Positions 37,292 to 49,879 of a DNA stretch of 64,000 nucleotides are shown here, piece after piece. Source of the stretch: Folioceros fuciformis (Eukaryota); contig JBNGIO010006272.1 of the NCBI GenBank assembly GCA_049999805.1, positions 1 to 64,000 on the forward strand, read 5' to 3'. Every line of letters starts with the position of its first letter. Position 1 is the first letter of the stretch. The notes under the pieces were generated by a model. The model searched no databases. It had not been told where the DNA came from and worked only from the letters and a program-made list of their open reading frames with translations. Both the position numbers and the translations under genes were made by a program.

Positions 37292-39325
37292 ATGGGGGCA
37301 GGAGAGCGGAACGGTGTGGTGCCTGCGGACTTGGAGGGCTCTGGGTGGACAGGGGGAGATGGCAGCCGGCACGACCAGATCGAAGAGGACGTGGGAGATG
37401 GAAGGGGAAACGTTAAGGGATCGTCCCGTGGTAGTTTTTTGTACTGGGCTCTGTGGAACGGAGGCTCCAGCTTTGATGCCTGGCTGAATGCAGCGTCCAC
37501 GCAGGTGGCCCAGGTGCTGCTCACTCTGCCTTACTCCTTCTCGCAGCTGGGAATGGTGTCCGGCATCTTCTTCCAGATCTTCTACGGGATCATGGGCACC
37601 TGGACTTGCTACCTCATCACCTGCTTATACGCCGACTACCGCTCCAGGAAGGAGAAAGAGAACCCAAGAGCATTCGAGAAGCACACCATTCAGGTAATGC
37701 CCAGTCGTGGATTGCGTTCGGTTTATGTGTCGCAATTCGATCGTGACATTGAAACATGAGTTCCACGAGGCTGATGGCTCATTGCTCTGCAGTGGTTTGA
37801 AGTTCTGGGTGGACTTCTCGGGCCCCGATGGAGGATGGTAGGCCTGGTGTTTAATGGCTTCGTGCTCTTCTGTACTGCAACCATCCAGCTCATAGCTTGC
37901 GCGAGGTTAGTATTCGTAATCAACCATCATCTCCTCCTACCTAATTGCGATGTCCATGACCGACACTGGAGAAGCCCACAAAACCTCGGGGCCATGGCAG
38001 CAATGTATACTACCTCAACAACCATCTGGACAAGCGAACATGGACATACATCTTCGGGGCGGGCTTCATGTCCACCATACTCGTGCCCGCTGCGCACAAC
38101 TACCGTGTGCTGTCAGCCATGGGCATCACCATGACCACATACACTGCCTGGTTTCTCACCATTTCTGCTGTCAAACACGGCCAGGTGCGATGTCGATCCC
38201 CATTTCACTTCCCTCTCCTTCCATTCCGTACCTCGTCTTCATCTAACTGCCGCTACTGGAGCGCCTTCGCATGCAGATCGCCAACGTGCAGTACACGGGA
38301 AGCCACCATGGCAAAGTGGCCTACTTCACAGGAGCCACCAACATCCTCTACACCTTCGGCGGCCATGCCGTCACTGTGTACGCATCCAAGCACATGCCTG
38401 CCCATGAAAGGTCGTCTTCCCCGGCTGCGATGAATGACTAACACTCGCAAACTCTGTCCAGGGAGATCATGCACTCCATGTGGAAGCCCAGGAGATTCAA
38501 GGTGGTGTACCTGGTGGCCGTCCTCTACATCTTCACCCTCACAATCCCGTCTGCAGTTGCCATGTACTGGGCGTTCGGGGACAAGCTGTTCAAGAACGCA
38601 AACGCCTTCGCCGTGCTGCCCAAAACCAAGTGGCGGGACGCTGCCGTCATCCTCATGCTGGGCCACCAGGTGAGATCCAAGCCACCACACGTGCCCCGCG
38701 ACTCACTTCCCACCCCTCTTGCGTCTTCCTTCCTCGCTTGCCACTCACAATCTCCGTCCCCCCCTGCCACACCACCAGTTCTTCGAATTCGGCATGGTGA
38801 GCCTGCCCTTGTACATCATGTGGGAGAAGCTGGTGGGCGCGCACGGCAAGCACTACCTGGTGAGCACCATGTCGCGGGTGCCGGTGGTGCTGGCCATGTG
38901 GTTCACGGCGCTCATGATTCCCTTCTTCGGGCCAATCAACTCCGCCGTCGGATCCCTTTTCGTCTCCTTCGGCGTCTACATCATCCCTGCCGCCGCCTAC
39001 ATCACCTTCTACAGAAACGCCTCCGCCCGCGCTGTAAGATGCCGCTTATTCGAATTCATTGGTTTGTACGATCTCAGCTCCAACCGGACGTCGCTGACCA
39101 ACGCCTGGACCGAATCCTGACGTTGTGCAGAGCGCCGTGGAGAAACCCCCCTTCTTCCTCTTCAGGAGCTGGTATACAGTGTTCGCTGTCAACATCGTGA
39201 TTGTCTTGTGGGTTGTTGTTGTCGGGTTCGGCTTCGGCGCCTGGGCCAGCGTCACCAACATTGTGGACCAGATCCACACTTTTGGGCTCTTCGCCAAATG
39301 TTTCCAGTGCCCCAAACGCTCGTGA
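37292..39325 (+). CDS. AUX1/LAX-family auxin influx carrier-like, divergent paralogue B (7 exons)
   Basis: LWNGGSSFDAWLNAASTQVAQVLLTLPYSFSQLG, LDKRTWTYIFGA, YFTGATNILYTFGGHAVT, PFFGPINSAVG, TFGLFAKCFQC. Confidence 0.93.
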
Positions 39326-39614
39326 GTCGGGACTGAAGACGACGAGACGAAAATAATACAAACGAGCTTTTTGAAAGGATTTCTTTTCGAGAAGGGTTTC
39401 GCCTCAGTCGGGCCGGAGACTGCTCATGCGTCAGGCTGGCGTCATGACCAACTACACCAAACCTTGAGCAAAAACATCATTTACTCAAATAATATTAGTC
39501 TAAAATTATGTACAGTTCCTTCCTTGCCCTGCTACTTGGACTTTTCTGCATGGATACAAGTTTATAAGAACTATGGGATTATGTATTTTTATTATACTTT
39601 AATATAATTTAAAC

Positions 39615-40300
39615 TTCTTCAACTACTCCAAGTACCGGGATACAAAATCCATCCTTAGTGAACTCTAACAGAATTCTTCTTCTTCTTCAACTCCTCCAAG
39701 TCCTAGGACAAAACAATCCATCCTTGGTGAACTCTAATAGAATTCTTCTTCTTCTTCAACTCCTCCAAGTCCTGGGACACAAAATCCATCTTTAGTGAAC
39801 TCTAGTAGAATTCTTCTTCTTCTTCAACTCCTCCAAGTCCCAGGACAAAAAATCCATCCTTGGTGAACTCTAGTAGAATTCTTCTTCTTCTTCAACTCCA
39901 GAATTCTTCTTCTCCTTCAATTCTTCCAATTCCTAGGAAAAAAAATCCATCCTTGGTGAACTTTACTAGAATTCTTCTTCTTCTTCAACTCCTCCAAGTC
40001 CTAGGACACAAAATCTATCCTTAGTGAACTCTAATAGAATTCTTCTTCTTCTTGTTCTCCAAGTCCCATGACAAAGACCTATCCTTAGAGGAATCTAATA
40101 GAATTTTTCTTCTACTACTCCTCCAAGTCCATGACAGAAACTTATCGTCAATAGACTCTAATAGAATTCTTCTCTTTCTTCAACTCCTCCAAGTCCCATG
40201 ACAAGAAATCCATCCTTCGTGGGCTCTAGTAGATTTTTTCCTTTCTTCTACTCCTTCGACATTTAGTGGGCTCTAATAGAGTTCTTCCTCTTCTTCTACT
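39615..40300. repeat. About 61-bp minisatellite with (CTT)n core, roughly 10 progressively diverging copies
   Basis: Repeating CTTCTTCAACTCCTCCAAGTCCTAGGACAAAAAATCCATCCTTGGTGAACTCTARTAGAATT. Confidence 0.9.
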
Positions 40301-41610
40301 CCTCTAACATTCATGCTAGATAACAATCTAAGAAGGATATCATAAGTGGTGTCATCTAATGTAATGACAAGATGCTTGGTACTTGTCCTAATCTTCTAGT
40401 CATACACATTATAATTATTAATTTATATTTTTATAAAAATATTTCTCCTCATATTATTAATAAACTCAAAATGACATAATTACCATTATTGGGTTTAGGA
40501 TTTAGGATTTAAAGTCCTTGGAACGTTTTTGAAAAAAATAACTATAATAATCGAAAAAAAAACCCCTTTCCAGCAAAGAAATGTAAGGGATCTTATGCTG
40601 GTTTTTGAAGACGAATAACTTTAGAGACAAAGGTAGTGCAACAAAGTTCCGTCCTCATTCGGCGTCAGTAAAATTCTTCCTCCCTCACTACGTAAACGTT
40701 ATTCTTAAATTCATATAATAGAATTCTTGTTGGTATATGGTAGATAAGATTCTACCCACAGACAACACGGATATATGACGCGTGCCGGCATTGGTTTAAC
40801 GGCCCATGGTTCTGATGACGGACTTCCCGGGTTGGTTTGAAACCTCCTCCGAGACGTTGGTCTGGGCTCTTAACCTCATCCGTGGGTCGGGTGTATTTTT
40901 AGGAAGTCGGGAGCTGAGTTGTAGAAGCTGCTAGTCGAGTCGAGCAAGAAGGATCGGACATTGATGCGGAGGATCATTGTGCGTGCCGGCAAGAGCGCAT
41001 TGCATCACAAGTTCGTTCTTCATTTGCTACCAGCAGCGGAATCACAGACACTTTGCTTCACGGAGCCTGGCCAGCTCTGATCGCGTCAATCACTTCTGGT
41101 TTCTCCTGAGGTGAGAGCTGATTCTCGCTGTGTTCTGCGATTGACGCTTATCGCCAGTGCTTTCTGGCAGGAGGGAAACGGGTGTGTTGCTCTGGCTTCT
41201 GCTTTTTAGAACGGATCTTGTAAGCTTGACTGGTGGAGGACGGAGGTGGCCAGGCCGATGTCTCCCGGAGCTCGCTTCCGTTGGATCTGACGGGGAGGGG
41301 GGATGGTTAGGTTTCCGAGAGCGCGTCCAGCCTTGCTGTGTTGGAACTCTGTGGTGAAGGGGAATTTGTAGAATCCAGATCTTGCTGTGGAGACTGGCTT
41401 GAGAAGCTTGTCTGGGCTGGCAGCGGGGGACTTTGTGGCAGCTGAATTGAGTGGTTTGTGTATGGATAATGTCGAACTCGTTGGTGCTGGCTCCCTGTGG
41501 TCGTAGCACGGGAGTTTGGAGTTGCGGGGCCCTGTGTGGAGTAAAGCTTGGTTTGCCGACTGTGTGATCTGTTTGAAGCGGGAGGAGGCGGACGAGGGTA
41601 GGTAGTAAGC

Positions 41611-42975
41611 ATGGTGGCTGTGTGGGAGTACCGCATCCCACTGCCTTTCACGTTGGAGGAGTATAAGACTGCGCAGTTGTACATGGTGGCGAAGATCAGT
41701 GCTATTGAGTCCAAGGGCAGCGATGGGGATGGGGTTGAGGTGCTGAAGAACGAGCCCTATGTGGATGACAACAGGGAAGGGCAGTACACGCACAAGATTT
41801 ACCATCTTGCTAGCAAGCTTCCAGGATGGCTTGTGGCGCTTGTGCCAAAAAAGGCGTTGCTTCTGGAGGAGGAGGCTTGGAACTCGTACCCTCACTGCAC
41901 CACCGTAATCAAGTGTCCCTTCTTCAACAAGTTTCGCCTGATCCTTGAGACCACACATGTAGCAGACTGTGGGACGACAGAGAACGCCCTGAAGTTGGAT
42001 GCGAAGACGTTGAAGAAGAGACATGTGGAGTTTATTGACATTGCGACGGACCCTGTGGAGAATTACGTTGAAGAAGAAGATCCGTCCAAGTATTCTTCTG
42101 TCAAGACGGGGAGGGGGCCACTCTTGCCTGGCTGGCAGAAGCAATGTAGGCCTATGATGTGCGCATACAAGCTTGTGACAGTGGATGTGCCTTACTGGGG
42201 TTTCGGCTCTCGCTTGGAAAAATTCATTTCTAAGCAGGCTCAGCGGAAAATTATGCTGGAGGGTCATCGGAAGTGTTTCTGCTGGATGGATGAATGGCAT
42301 GGTTTAACAATGGAGGATATTCGAGTTATGGAGGAGGAGACAGCACAGGCTATTAGGAGGGCTCGTGCCACAGCCCTACGGAGGCATGGCTCAGACGCTG
42401 GGGAATTGGTAGAAGATGCCACTGAGGAGGACCACTGTGGGAGCCCTTCAACAGCTGACTTGCTCCGGGAAGATCGCGACGCTGCTCCTTTGAGACTGCG
42501 AGAACTCGTTACTAATTCAACCAGAAGCTCCAGAAGCAATTCCAGGAACAGTTCCAGAGAGCTCACTAACTATGCAAGGCACCCTAGTCTTCTCGGATCT
42601 GCGGCTGCTCTTGGTGTACCTTTTGCTTCTGGGTCAGATCTTCAGCAGAGGCAAGATGGCACTCCCCGCTCGCCGTCACCACTGAAGTCTCCTATGGGGA
42701 AGCCGCTGTCACAGTCTCCTCCAACATCGGTATCTCATGCCGGTGGACTTGTTGAACCTCTTCACACTTTTGGATCGGCGAGCCCATATTTTGATGATTG
42801 GAAAGCAGAAGCGAAGGAAGCTGAGAGTGACTCAGATGCAGCTGAACTCGAGAACTGCGTGGATGTGCTGGACAGAGCTATAGCATGGGCAAAGTCAAGA
42901 GCCAAGTCCAAAAAGCTGGCCTCCAAACAGCAGGGGCCTCAAGTACATCCCATGGAGACTATGCTAAGTCCATGA
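41611..42975 (+). CDS. START-like phosphatidylinositol transfer protein (PITP/RdgB-type) with Ser-rich C-terminal tail; intronless CDS
   Basis: EYRIPLPFTLEEY..AQLYMVAK, GDGVEVLKNEPY, GQYTHKIYHL, EEAWNSYP, KTGRGPL, MCAYKLV, HRKCFCWMDEWHGLTMEDIR. Confidence 0.92.
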   Translation: MVAVWEYRIPLPFTLEEYKTAQLYMVAKISAIESKGSDGDGVEVLKNEPYVDDNREGQYTHKIYHLASKLPGWLVALVPKKALLLEEEAWNSYPHCTTVIKCPFFNKFRLILETTHVADCGTTENALKLDAKTLKKRHVEFIDIATDPVENYVEEEDPSKYSSVKTGRGPLLPGWQKQCRPMMCAYKLVTVDVPYWGFGSRLEKFISKQAQRKIMLEGHRKCFCWMDEWHGLTMEDIRVMEEETAQAIRRARATALRRHGSDAGELVEDATEEDHCGSPSTADLLREDRDAAPLRLRELVTNSTRSSRSNSRNSSRELTNYARHPSLLGSAAALGVPFASGSDLQQRQDGTPRSPSPLKSPMGKPLSQSPPTSVSHAGGLVEPLHTFGSASPYFDDWKAEAKEAESDSDAAELENCVDVLDRAIAWAKSRAKSKKLASKQQGPQVHPMETMLSP

Positions 42976-43647
42976 ATGGCAGCGATTCGTTTCAAGTTGT
43001 GGCATGGTCCGTCTCCTCCGTGTGGGGTCATGGAGCACTTCGGCGTCGTGGATTCCTTTAGGCTAACCTGTCCTTGAGATACTTGTTTTCCATCGGTCCT
43101 TTCTTTTGCCTTGCCGTTTGCAAGCATGACGATTGGTTGCTTAGACTCCTGTCAGCAATAGGATTGTTGACCTCATTCAGCCCGTTGCCTAAACTGGCTG
43201 TCCAGGGCTTGAAATGGGCAATTGTCCGCCTCTTTGTCCATCTGTTTTTGTTATCAGCAAGGTTTCTCCATGTTTTCCACCTGGGAACAGTAAAGCTAGC
43301 AAACAGCGAAGCTAGCAGACAGAAGGGGTGGATGTGTGTGGGACTCCTGACCGACACCGAACTTTTCAGCCCTGGTGACTTAACCTACTGTTCGTCGTGT
43401 AGCCAAAAGGTCGGTTGCATTTTGGGGAGGCACCTTTATGCCGTATTGTACGGTGGAAAAAACANNNNNNNNNNCATTTTGGGGAGGCACCTTTATGCCG
43501 TATTGTACGGTGGAAAAAACAAGTCCATATTCGCAATAAACAACGCTGCATTCGCCATGTCCTAAGGTTTCACCCTGTGGAGATCGTGATGGCTTCAGGC
43601 TCAACGACGGAGCCTGGCAGCAATTGTAGCACAAATGGGTGGATACC

Positions 43648-45702
43648 TCAGTGAGCTTTGGGCGGGCATTGAAAGCATTTGTCGAATACTCCAAATGTTG
43701 ACACTAGCGACACAAAATGCTTCACGCTTGCCCATCCTCCCCAGCCCATTCCAATGACGGCAATCCATACCACGACGAATGCATTGATGAGGTAGACGAG
43801 GATCCAGCTTGGAAAGAAGAATGGAGGCTTGGCCACCGCTTTCTGTAAACAATGTCCGCCATCAGACTCATCTGGTGAAGACTTTCGTGAAAATAGAAGC
43901 TTGCACGTCACTCACCCTGCGAGCCTGATCAGTGCGGAAGACCATCATGTGGGCCGCTGCAGGAATGATGTAGACGGTGACGGTGACGAGCAATGCTCCA
44001 ACTGTGGAATTGATTGGCCCGAAGAAGGGGAAGATGATGGCGAAAAACCACACGGGCAACACAACAGGTATTCTTGCCACGGCCTTCAGGAGAAGGCCCC
44101 CTGTCTCATGAATGCCGATGATCTTCTCCCACACGAAGTAAACAGGTGTGATGGCAAATCCGAAGGTTATGAACTGGGGGAGAAGAAGGCAGGAGCTGCT
44201 GTGAGGACCAGGAGGTGGGCAAGCATTATCAATGGACAGACACAAGGACTCATGCGAGCTGGTCTTACCTGATGGATGAGCATGAGAACGACGGCCATAT
44301 CACGCCAGGGAGTCCTAGGCAACAAGTAGAGGACGTTGTTTTGCTTCAACAACCTGTCTCCGAAGGCCCAGTATCCAGTGATGGCAGAAGGTACGGTCAG
44401 AGTCAGCACATACATCGTCGCGTACACGTAGACAACCTTGAACTTTTCTGGTTTCCACATAGCATCCATAATCTCCCTGTCACCAGCAACCAGGGGAATG
44501 AGTCCGCAGGCCCAATTTCCAGAATTGGTAGGAACTTGCACAAGAGGCATACGCTCACACTGTTGCAGCATGTCCCCCGAAAGTATAGAGAATGTTGGTG
44601 GCACCAGTAAAATACAGTTCCTTGTTGTGGGCCCCTACATGGGATGTAGGCCGAACCTGCATCAACAGGCATGCGAGCGATGAGAATTGTGTCTTACCCC
44701 AATCGGTTTCTCGCATCGCTTCGACAGGAAAGTAATGAGATCGTGATGAAACCTGTCCGTGAACGATCGACCCGATGGTAATATACCACGCAGTGTAGGT
44801 TGTCATCAAAATGCCTAGGAATGACCAAATTCTGTAGTTGTGGAAAGTGGGGATGAAGACAGTAAGCCCACAGACTGCCCCGAAGATGTACGTCCACGTC
44901 CTCTTTTCCAGGCTGTCGTTGATGAGGTAGATGTTGCTGCACCCAACGGGATTCAGTCAGGACCGTCCTCACCCTCACACCACAACACCACCAGCCTGCA
45001 TTGCATCGACAACAGCATGACAACAGAATCAGACCATCACCTGGCGCAGGCAATGAGCTGAATCACAGAGCCGAAGAGAAGAAACGTGACATTGAAGAAC
45101 AAGCTGACCGCCTTCCAGTAGGGACCCAACAGCCCATCCAGCACCTCGAACCACTGCAACCCAACACAGCTCAGTCTCAAAAAAAAATCAGCAAGCAGCG
45201 ACGCATTTCACAAGCCACCCACTCCCCGCCCACAGCACCTGGATGACGTGATTCTTGAAATTGTCAGACTCCTTCTCCTTCCTACCCCGGTACTCGAGGT
45301 AGAGGGAATTCATGAGGTAAGCGGCCCAGCAGCCCAAGAAGGCGTACAGCAGCTGAGCTGCGACCCCGGACGCCAGTCCCATTTGCGCAAACGAGGTCGG
45401 GAGCGTGAGCAGAACTTGCGCAACCTGCCAGCCAAGCCAGACAGACAAAACCACGTGATCGAGGAACAGAATTGCATTCCAAGCTTGCAAACCCGGTCCC
45501 GGTGATCCAACTCCACCTGATTAGAAGCCGAGCTGAACCAGGCATCGTAAGCGGAGCCGCCGTGCCAGACATACTTCCTGAACGTCCCGGCTATGGAGGA
45601 GTCCTCCTGGCCCGATGACAGCCGCAGTTCCCGCAGCTCCAGCGCCTCCTCCTCGTCAGCCGCGCGCGGTTGGGAATTCGCAGCCCCGACCTCCAGTCCC
45701 AT
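43648..45702 (-). CDS. AUX1/LAX auxin influx carrier, paralogue C (closest to canonical; 8 exons)
   Basis: VWHGGSAYDAWFSSASNQ|VAQVLLTLP, FNVTFLLFGSVIQLIACA, YFTGATNILYTFGGH, FITFGFAITP, FPFFGPINST, TFGVFDKCFQC. Confidence 0.94.
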
Positions 45703-45799
45703 GGCTTCCTGACAACAGCTGTCCCTGCCCAATGCGGTCGTCCCGTGCCACAGCTGCGCAATGCCGGATACGTCAGAGCAATTAGCAGAGTTCAAACGG

Positions 45800-45930
45800 A
45801 AAGGCGAGGCGAGGCGGAACGGGACGGCGGGCGAGGCCCGGCGGGGCGGGTCTGGGCTGGGCGAGGCGGGGCGGGGCGAGGCGGGGCGAGGTTGAGGCGA
45901 GGCGAGTGGACGAGGCGGGCGAGCGCGAAG
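45800..45930. repeat. GC-rich GGCGA/GGCGG pentamer low-complexity tract upstream of LAX-C
   Basis: Read directly in the sequence. Confidence 0.7.
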
Positions 45931-48900
45931 GAAACGAAGGGAAGGAGACGAGAGGAAGACGTTTCGAAACGAACGGAAGGCGTTTTCTCACTGGAAGAGG
46001 AGAAAGCGGCGGTGTTGGCGGAAATCAGCTGGGGATACGGGAATCCTACACCCACTGCACAGACAAACAGCAGCCGGACAACATATGTACACAGGTACAC
46101 CTTCGCCTTTATCTGTTACTAGGCGCCTGCCTATGGCCATGAGCCGCAACATCTCTAACACGGACAATGTAGAACATTAAGCGGGATAATATTAGGCCCC
46201 GACCAAGCGCCCTGTCTTGAAAGCGTATCGTGTGTGATCGATCCACAACGTGGTCGTGGAGTATCATATCTGGTCATAGGATATTGTAGGTACTTACTTC
46301 AGTTTGGTTTAAGGGCATTTTACAATAGTTTGCTGGTTTGCTTCTTGGCTGCTTTTGGTAGAAGCACCGAGCGACTCTCCTATCAAAGCCCCGGGCTCTG
46401 GTGAGATGAGATGCCATAGACCAGGCCTGCAAACGGACGGACCCGTTCTTGGAGCAACTGGGAAAATGTGTGACGAAGGTTGGTGGAAAAAGTGAGAGAA
46501 GAAGAAGGAAGGAAAGGCGGGATGCTTTAATGGCTGCATTTCCCACAAGCTAGAGGATGATGCTGCAAGATCTGAACCGGGGCAGGTACTGTGTGTGGCC
46601 TTCCTTGTGTTGCTTGGAGGTTGTTCACAAAAGCGTGCAGGTGTGAGAAAGAGGGGTATGTTATGTGTGTATGTAAGTTGATACGTCATTTCTTTTCAGT
46701 TGCTGTTGTAGAGGAGGAGTCTGGGGAGGTAACACCGTCCGGTGAGAGATGTCTGAGCTACCGATCCGAAGCTGGCACTAGAAGTACCCGCCTACCGCAA
46801 CACCTACCCCAGCTGATGGCAACTGTTCACGCCCGGGCTGCAGCGGAGGAGGAGGCTGGAAGTTTGGCGTGTTTGTGAAACCCGGTTTTGGAGCTGGGAT
46901 GGTCGAGTTTGTGCGAGAGTGACAAGGCTTGGCTTCTGACGGCGCGCACGTGAATGCTGACAGCCACCCTTGTTTGGGACTTCGATGGATCTTCATACAG
47001 TAAGTATGAATCTTGTTGGAATTGGGTTGCTGCGGGCCTCTCATGGGACGTCGTGTGTCCAGTGTCTGCCTCTGGAGTTCTGGAGTGTGACATACCTGTA
47101 GCAGCCAGCAGGAGAGGGAAGGCAGTGACGGGATTGGACGCCTTTGAGACTCCCCGGCGAGCATTCGTTTGAGATAGACATCCAGGGCACGGGACTTCTG
47201 GGCGGTGTATGTGTGAGTGAAGCAATCCACATCGTGGCTGAGAGAGCAGGACGGTGTTCAGTGCTCACGAAACTAGTGGTTGGCTGTTTTGGATCGTGGT
47301 TCGCTGGCTGTAGTGAAAGACCCACCACATGTGCCAGGGATGAAAGCTTTGCCAGCAGGAAGGACTGCGACTCCAGTGCCACTAGCCCACCGACCTGCTG
47401 CATCCTGTAAAGTTGCAGTCCACCAGCCCGCCACCGCATGAATGGACAATAGGAGATGGTACCCATCATCTGAATTCAACTTGGTACATATGTACGCTGT
47501 ATGCTGTACCTGCCTGCCTGGCAAGAGGTTGTGAGCTTCCGCCTCTTTCAGGGAGCATATGTATGTATGTCGATCATTGCAACAGGTGACGCATGCGCGG
47601 CCATGATTTCGGGTCAGGTGGAGGTGGCACCCGCCGGAAGGTGACAAAGAATTAGGCGAAGTGGTCATAGCTCTGCATCCCAACCCTTCCCCTTCAAGGT
47701 GACGTAGAACTCCACTGCCCGACAGCCTGCGAACAGTGAACATCCCACTCACTGCGCGCAGTTAGGACTGCAGTCAATTCCCTGTTCTCTATAGCCGCAC
47801 TGTGCACGGCAAGGTTCAAGCCTCTCTGCTGCCAAGTCCTGTCAATGAACAGCCTCCAGAGTGAGACCTGCCCTTCGATTTCTGCAGCCTGACCAAAGGG
47901 GTCAGATCAAGTGCACGGAGGCTGGCCTTGCACATGTGACTGGGACATGTGCTGGTGCAAACAACAGGACAAACAATAAGATACAAGCATACAGCTCTGC
48001 ACAAAGACGGTTCACGGCCTTCAGGCTTACGCACGCAGGAACGCAGCTTCCACATAACAAAGATCATGAATGCCCAAGTCAACAGGAAACAGACTTCTCT
48101 GATATTGCTTTTGGTGCTCCGTCCATCAAAGTGATGAGTATAAGCGACACCGGCGCCTTTCCTGTGGTAGGGTACCTGGACAGGACTGCTGCAGAGCAGT
48201 CCCTGACACCCCTTGGTCGGCACGCTTTCTGTTCGCTCACCACCAAGCCCCTTCTCATATCGACCTACAAGCTCTGGCTCTGAAGTCTTTGGACCACTCC
48301 TCGACCCTGATTCGTATCCTCCACAGGGTTCCACTTTGAATTACTCCATGCCAAGCCTATCACCAGGGAGCACTGTCGCAACTTGCTGTAATGGGCTCTG
48401 CCAGACTGTCCCGAAGCGCCGCCATGCCAGTCTTCTCGTCAGTTTAGCCTCACAGATTTTACTCACCCATCCTCTCGATGTTCGTGATCACCGCAGACCT
48501 CTCTGACGTTCTTTTGTTTTCCTTTACTGGCTCATGTCTATTCACTATCCCCAGGGGAAATGGGTTTGCAAGCTGGATGTTCTGTGCTGAACCACTGCGG
48601 CATCGGTCTCGGCGTCCACTGTAACCTTAACCAGGCATGTCAACTACCCTGACCGTACAAGACGCTGCCTGGCTGCCATACCAAACGTCTCTGCAGTCAA
48701 ATAGAGTAGTATTCTTTGTGGCAACAGATCCTTTGGCCCCACCAGGCACCACTACAGGGGGGTCAGGTGAGCCCCAGCACATCTGTCTTATTCCCCTATA
48801 GTCTCTGGAGTGCAATCATGGCTGATGAGCCTTCCTCATAGCACAATGATCTGCGTCTCCTCTCTCTGAATTTACCAACCTGTTTGCTCTGCCGTCCTTC

Positions 48901-49879
48901 CATTGAACTGCCCAAGGCGTCCGATGACGGCCCCCAGTGCCCCCAGTACCCCCCAGTAGCTCCAGTCTGCCAGTATATGCTGTGTAGGTAGAATTCCTGG
49001 TACAACAAAATGGGTACATGTGGGAAAGAGTGTGGTAGTACGAATCATGCTTGCGTGCAGCCTGAGTGCTCCTGCCACTTCCTGCACCTTGGCAGAATAA
49101 CCAGACCAATTTTGCTTTTGATCAGGCTCTTGCCATTCGTGTCATTCATGTGTTGGAACAAAAGATCCGTCATATTCCTACTTTGCCTCCCGGAGTACAG
49201 AGCATGACGAATTTTTTCTTGGCGCTTATAGGAGCAACAAGATTGGGCCTGGAAGAAGGCTACCGCACCTGCATCGCATCCGACCACACATTTGTGGGCG
49301 CCGTAGAATGCTTGGGGCAGCGAGTGTGCATGTGCTTTTCTACAGTCCTACAGGAAGGCATTCGCTGCCGCCAATACAACACTTGGACTACGGGTACCGT
49401 ACCTTTCCCCGCGTGTTCATGTCACTGCCTTCCGCCTCCAACACCCTTATAGCCTTGTATAACACTTCTTTCCGCTGGGTCATACCATCGCCCAATGACG
49501 GGTCAGGCAGTCTGGGGAGGCCCACGTCTCCCGTGAGGAGAGTCCCAGGGCAGGAGTGAAAGCACTCGATTAGAGCTCAAATTAGGCACGAAGTGGCCAG
49601 CGGCTTTAGAGGTTGCCAAGAGCCGCAAACTAGGGCATCCCACCCTGTATATCGGACACGTAAGACCTCCTGCGAGGCCCTGGAGCGTCCCATCTACCAA
49701 CTTTCCAGTCAACGTCAATGTTGGGTTTCGTTTCTGAAGGGGACGGTCCAAGGATGAAAAGCCACATGCCACAGTAGCGACCATCATCAACGAGAAAAGG
49801 TTGTTCAGAGCTCCGATGGAAAGCATGTAAATATAAATGGTATACAACATGCAACGTATACGATACACGAATCCTCCTG

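Noticed and set aside
41206-42300. 364-aa antisense ORF over the PITP gene, and similar antisense ORFs over the PPR and LAX genes
   Set aside because: These are shadow ORFs opposite well-supported GC-rich coding sequence and have no domain features
43418-43521. About 47-bp direct repeat flanking the N-run at 43465-43474
   Set aside because: Identical sequence on both sides of a scaffold gap is most likely an unmerged contig overlap (assembly artefact)
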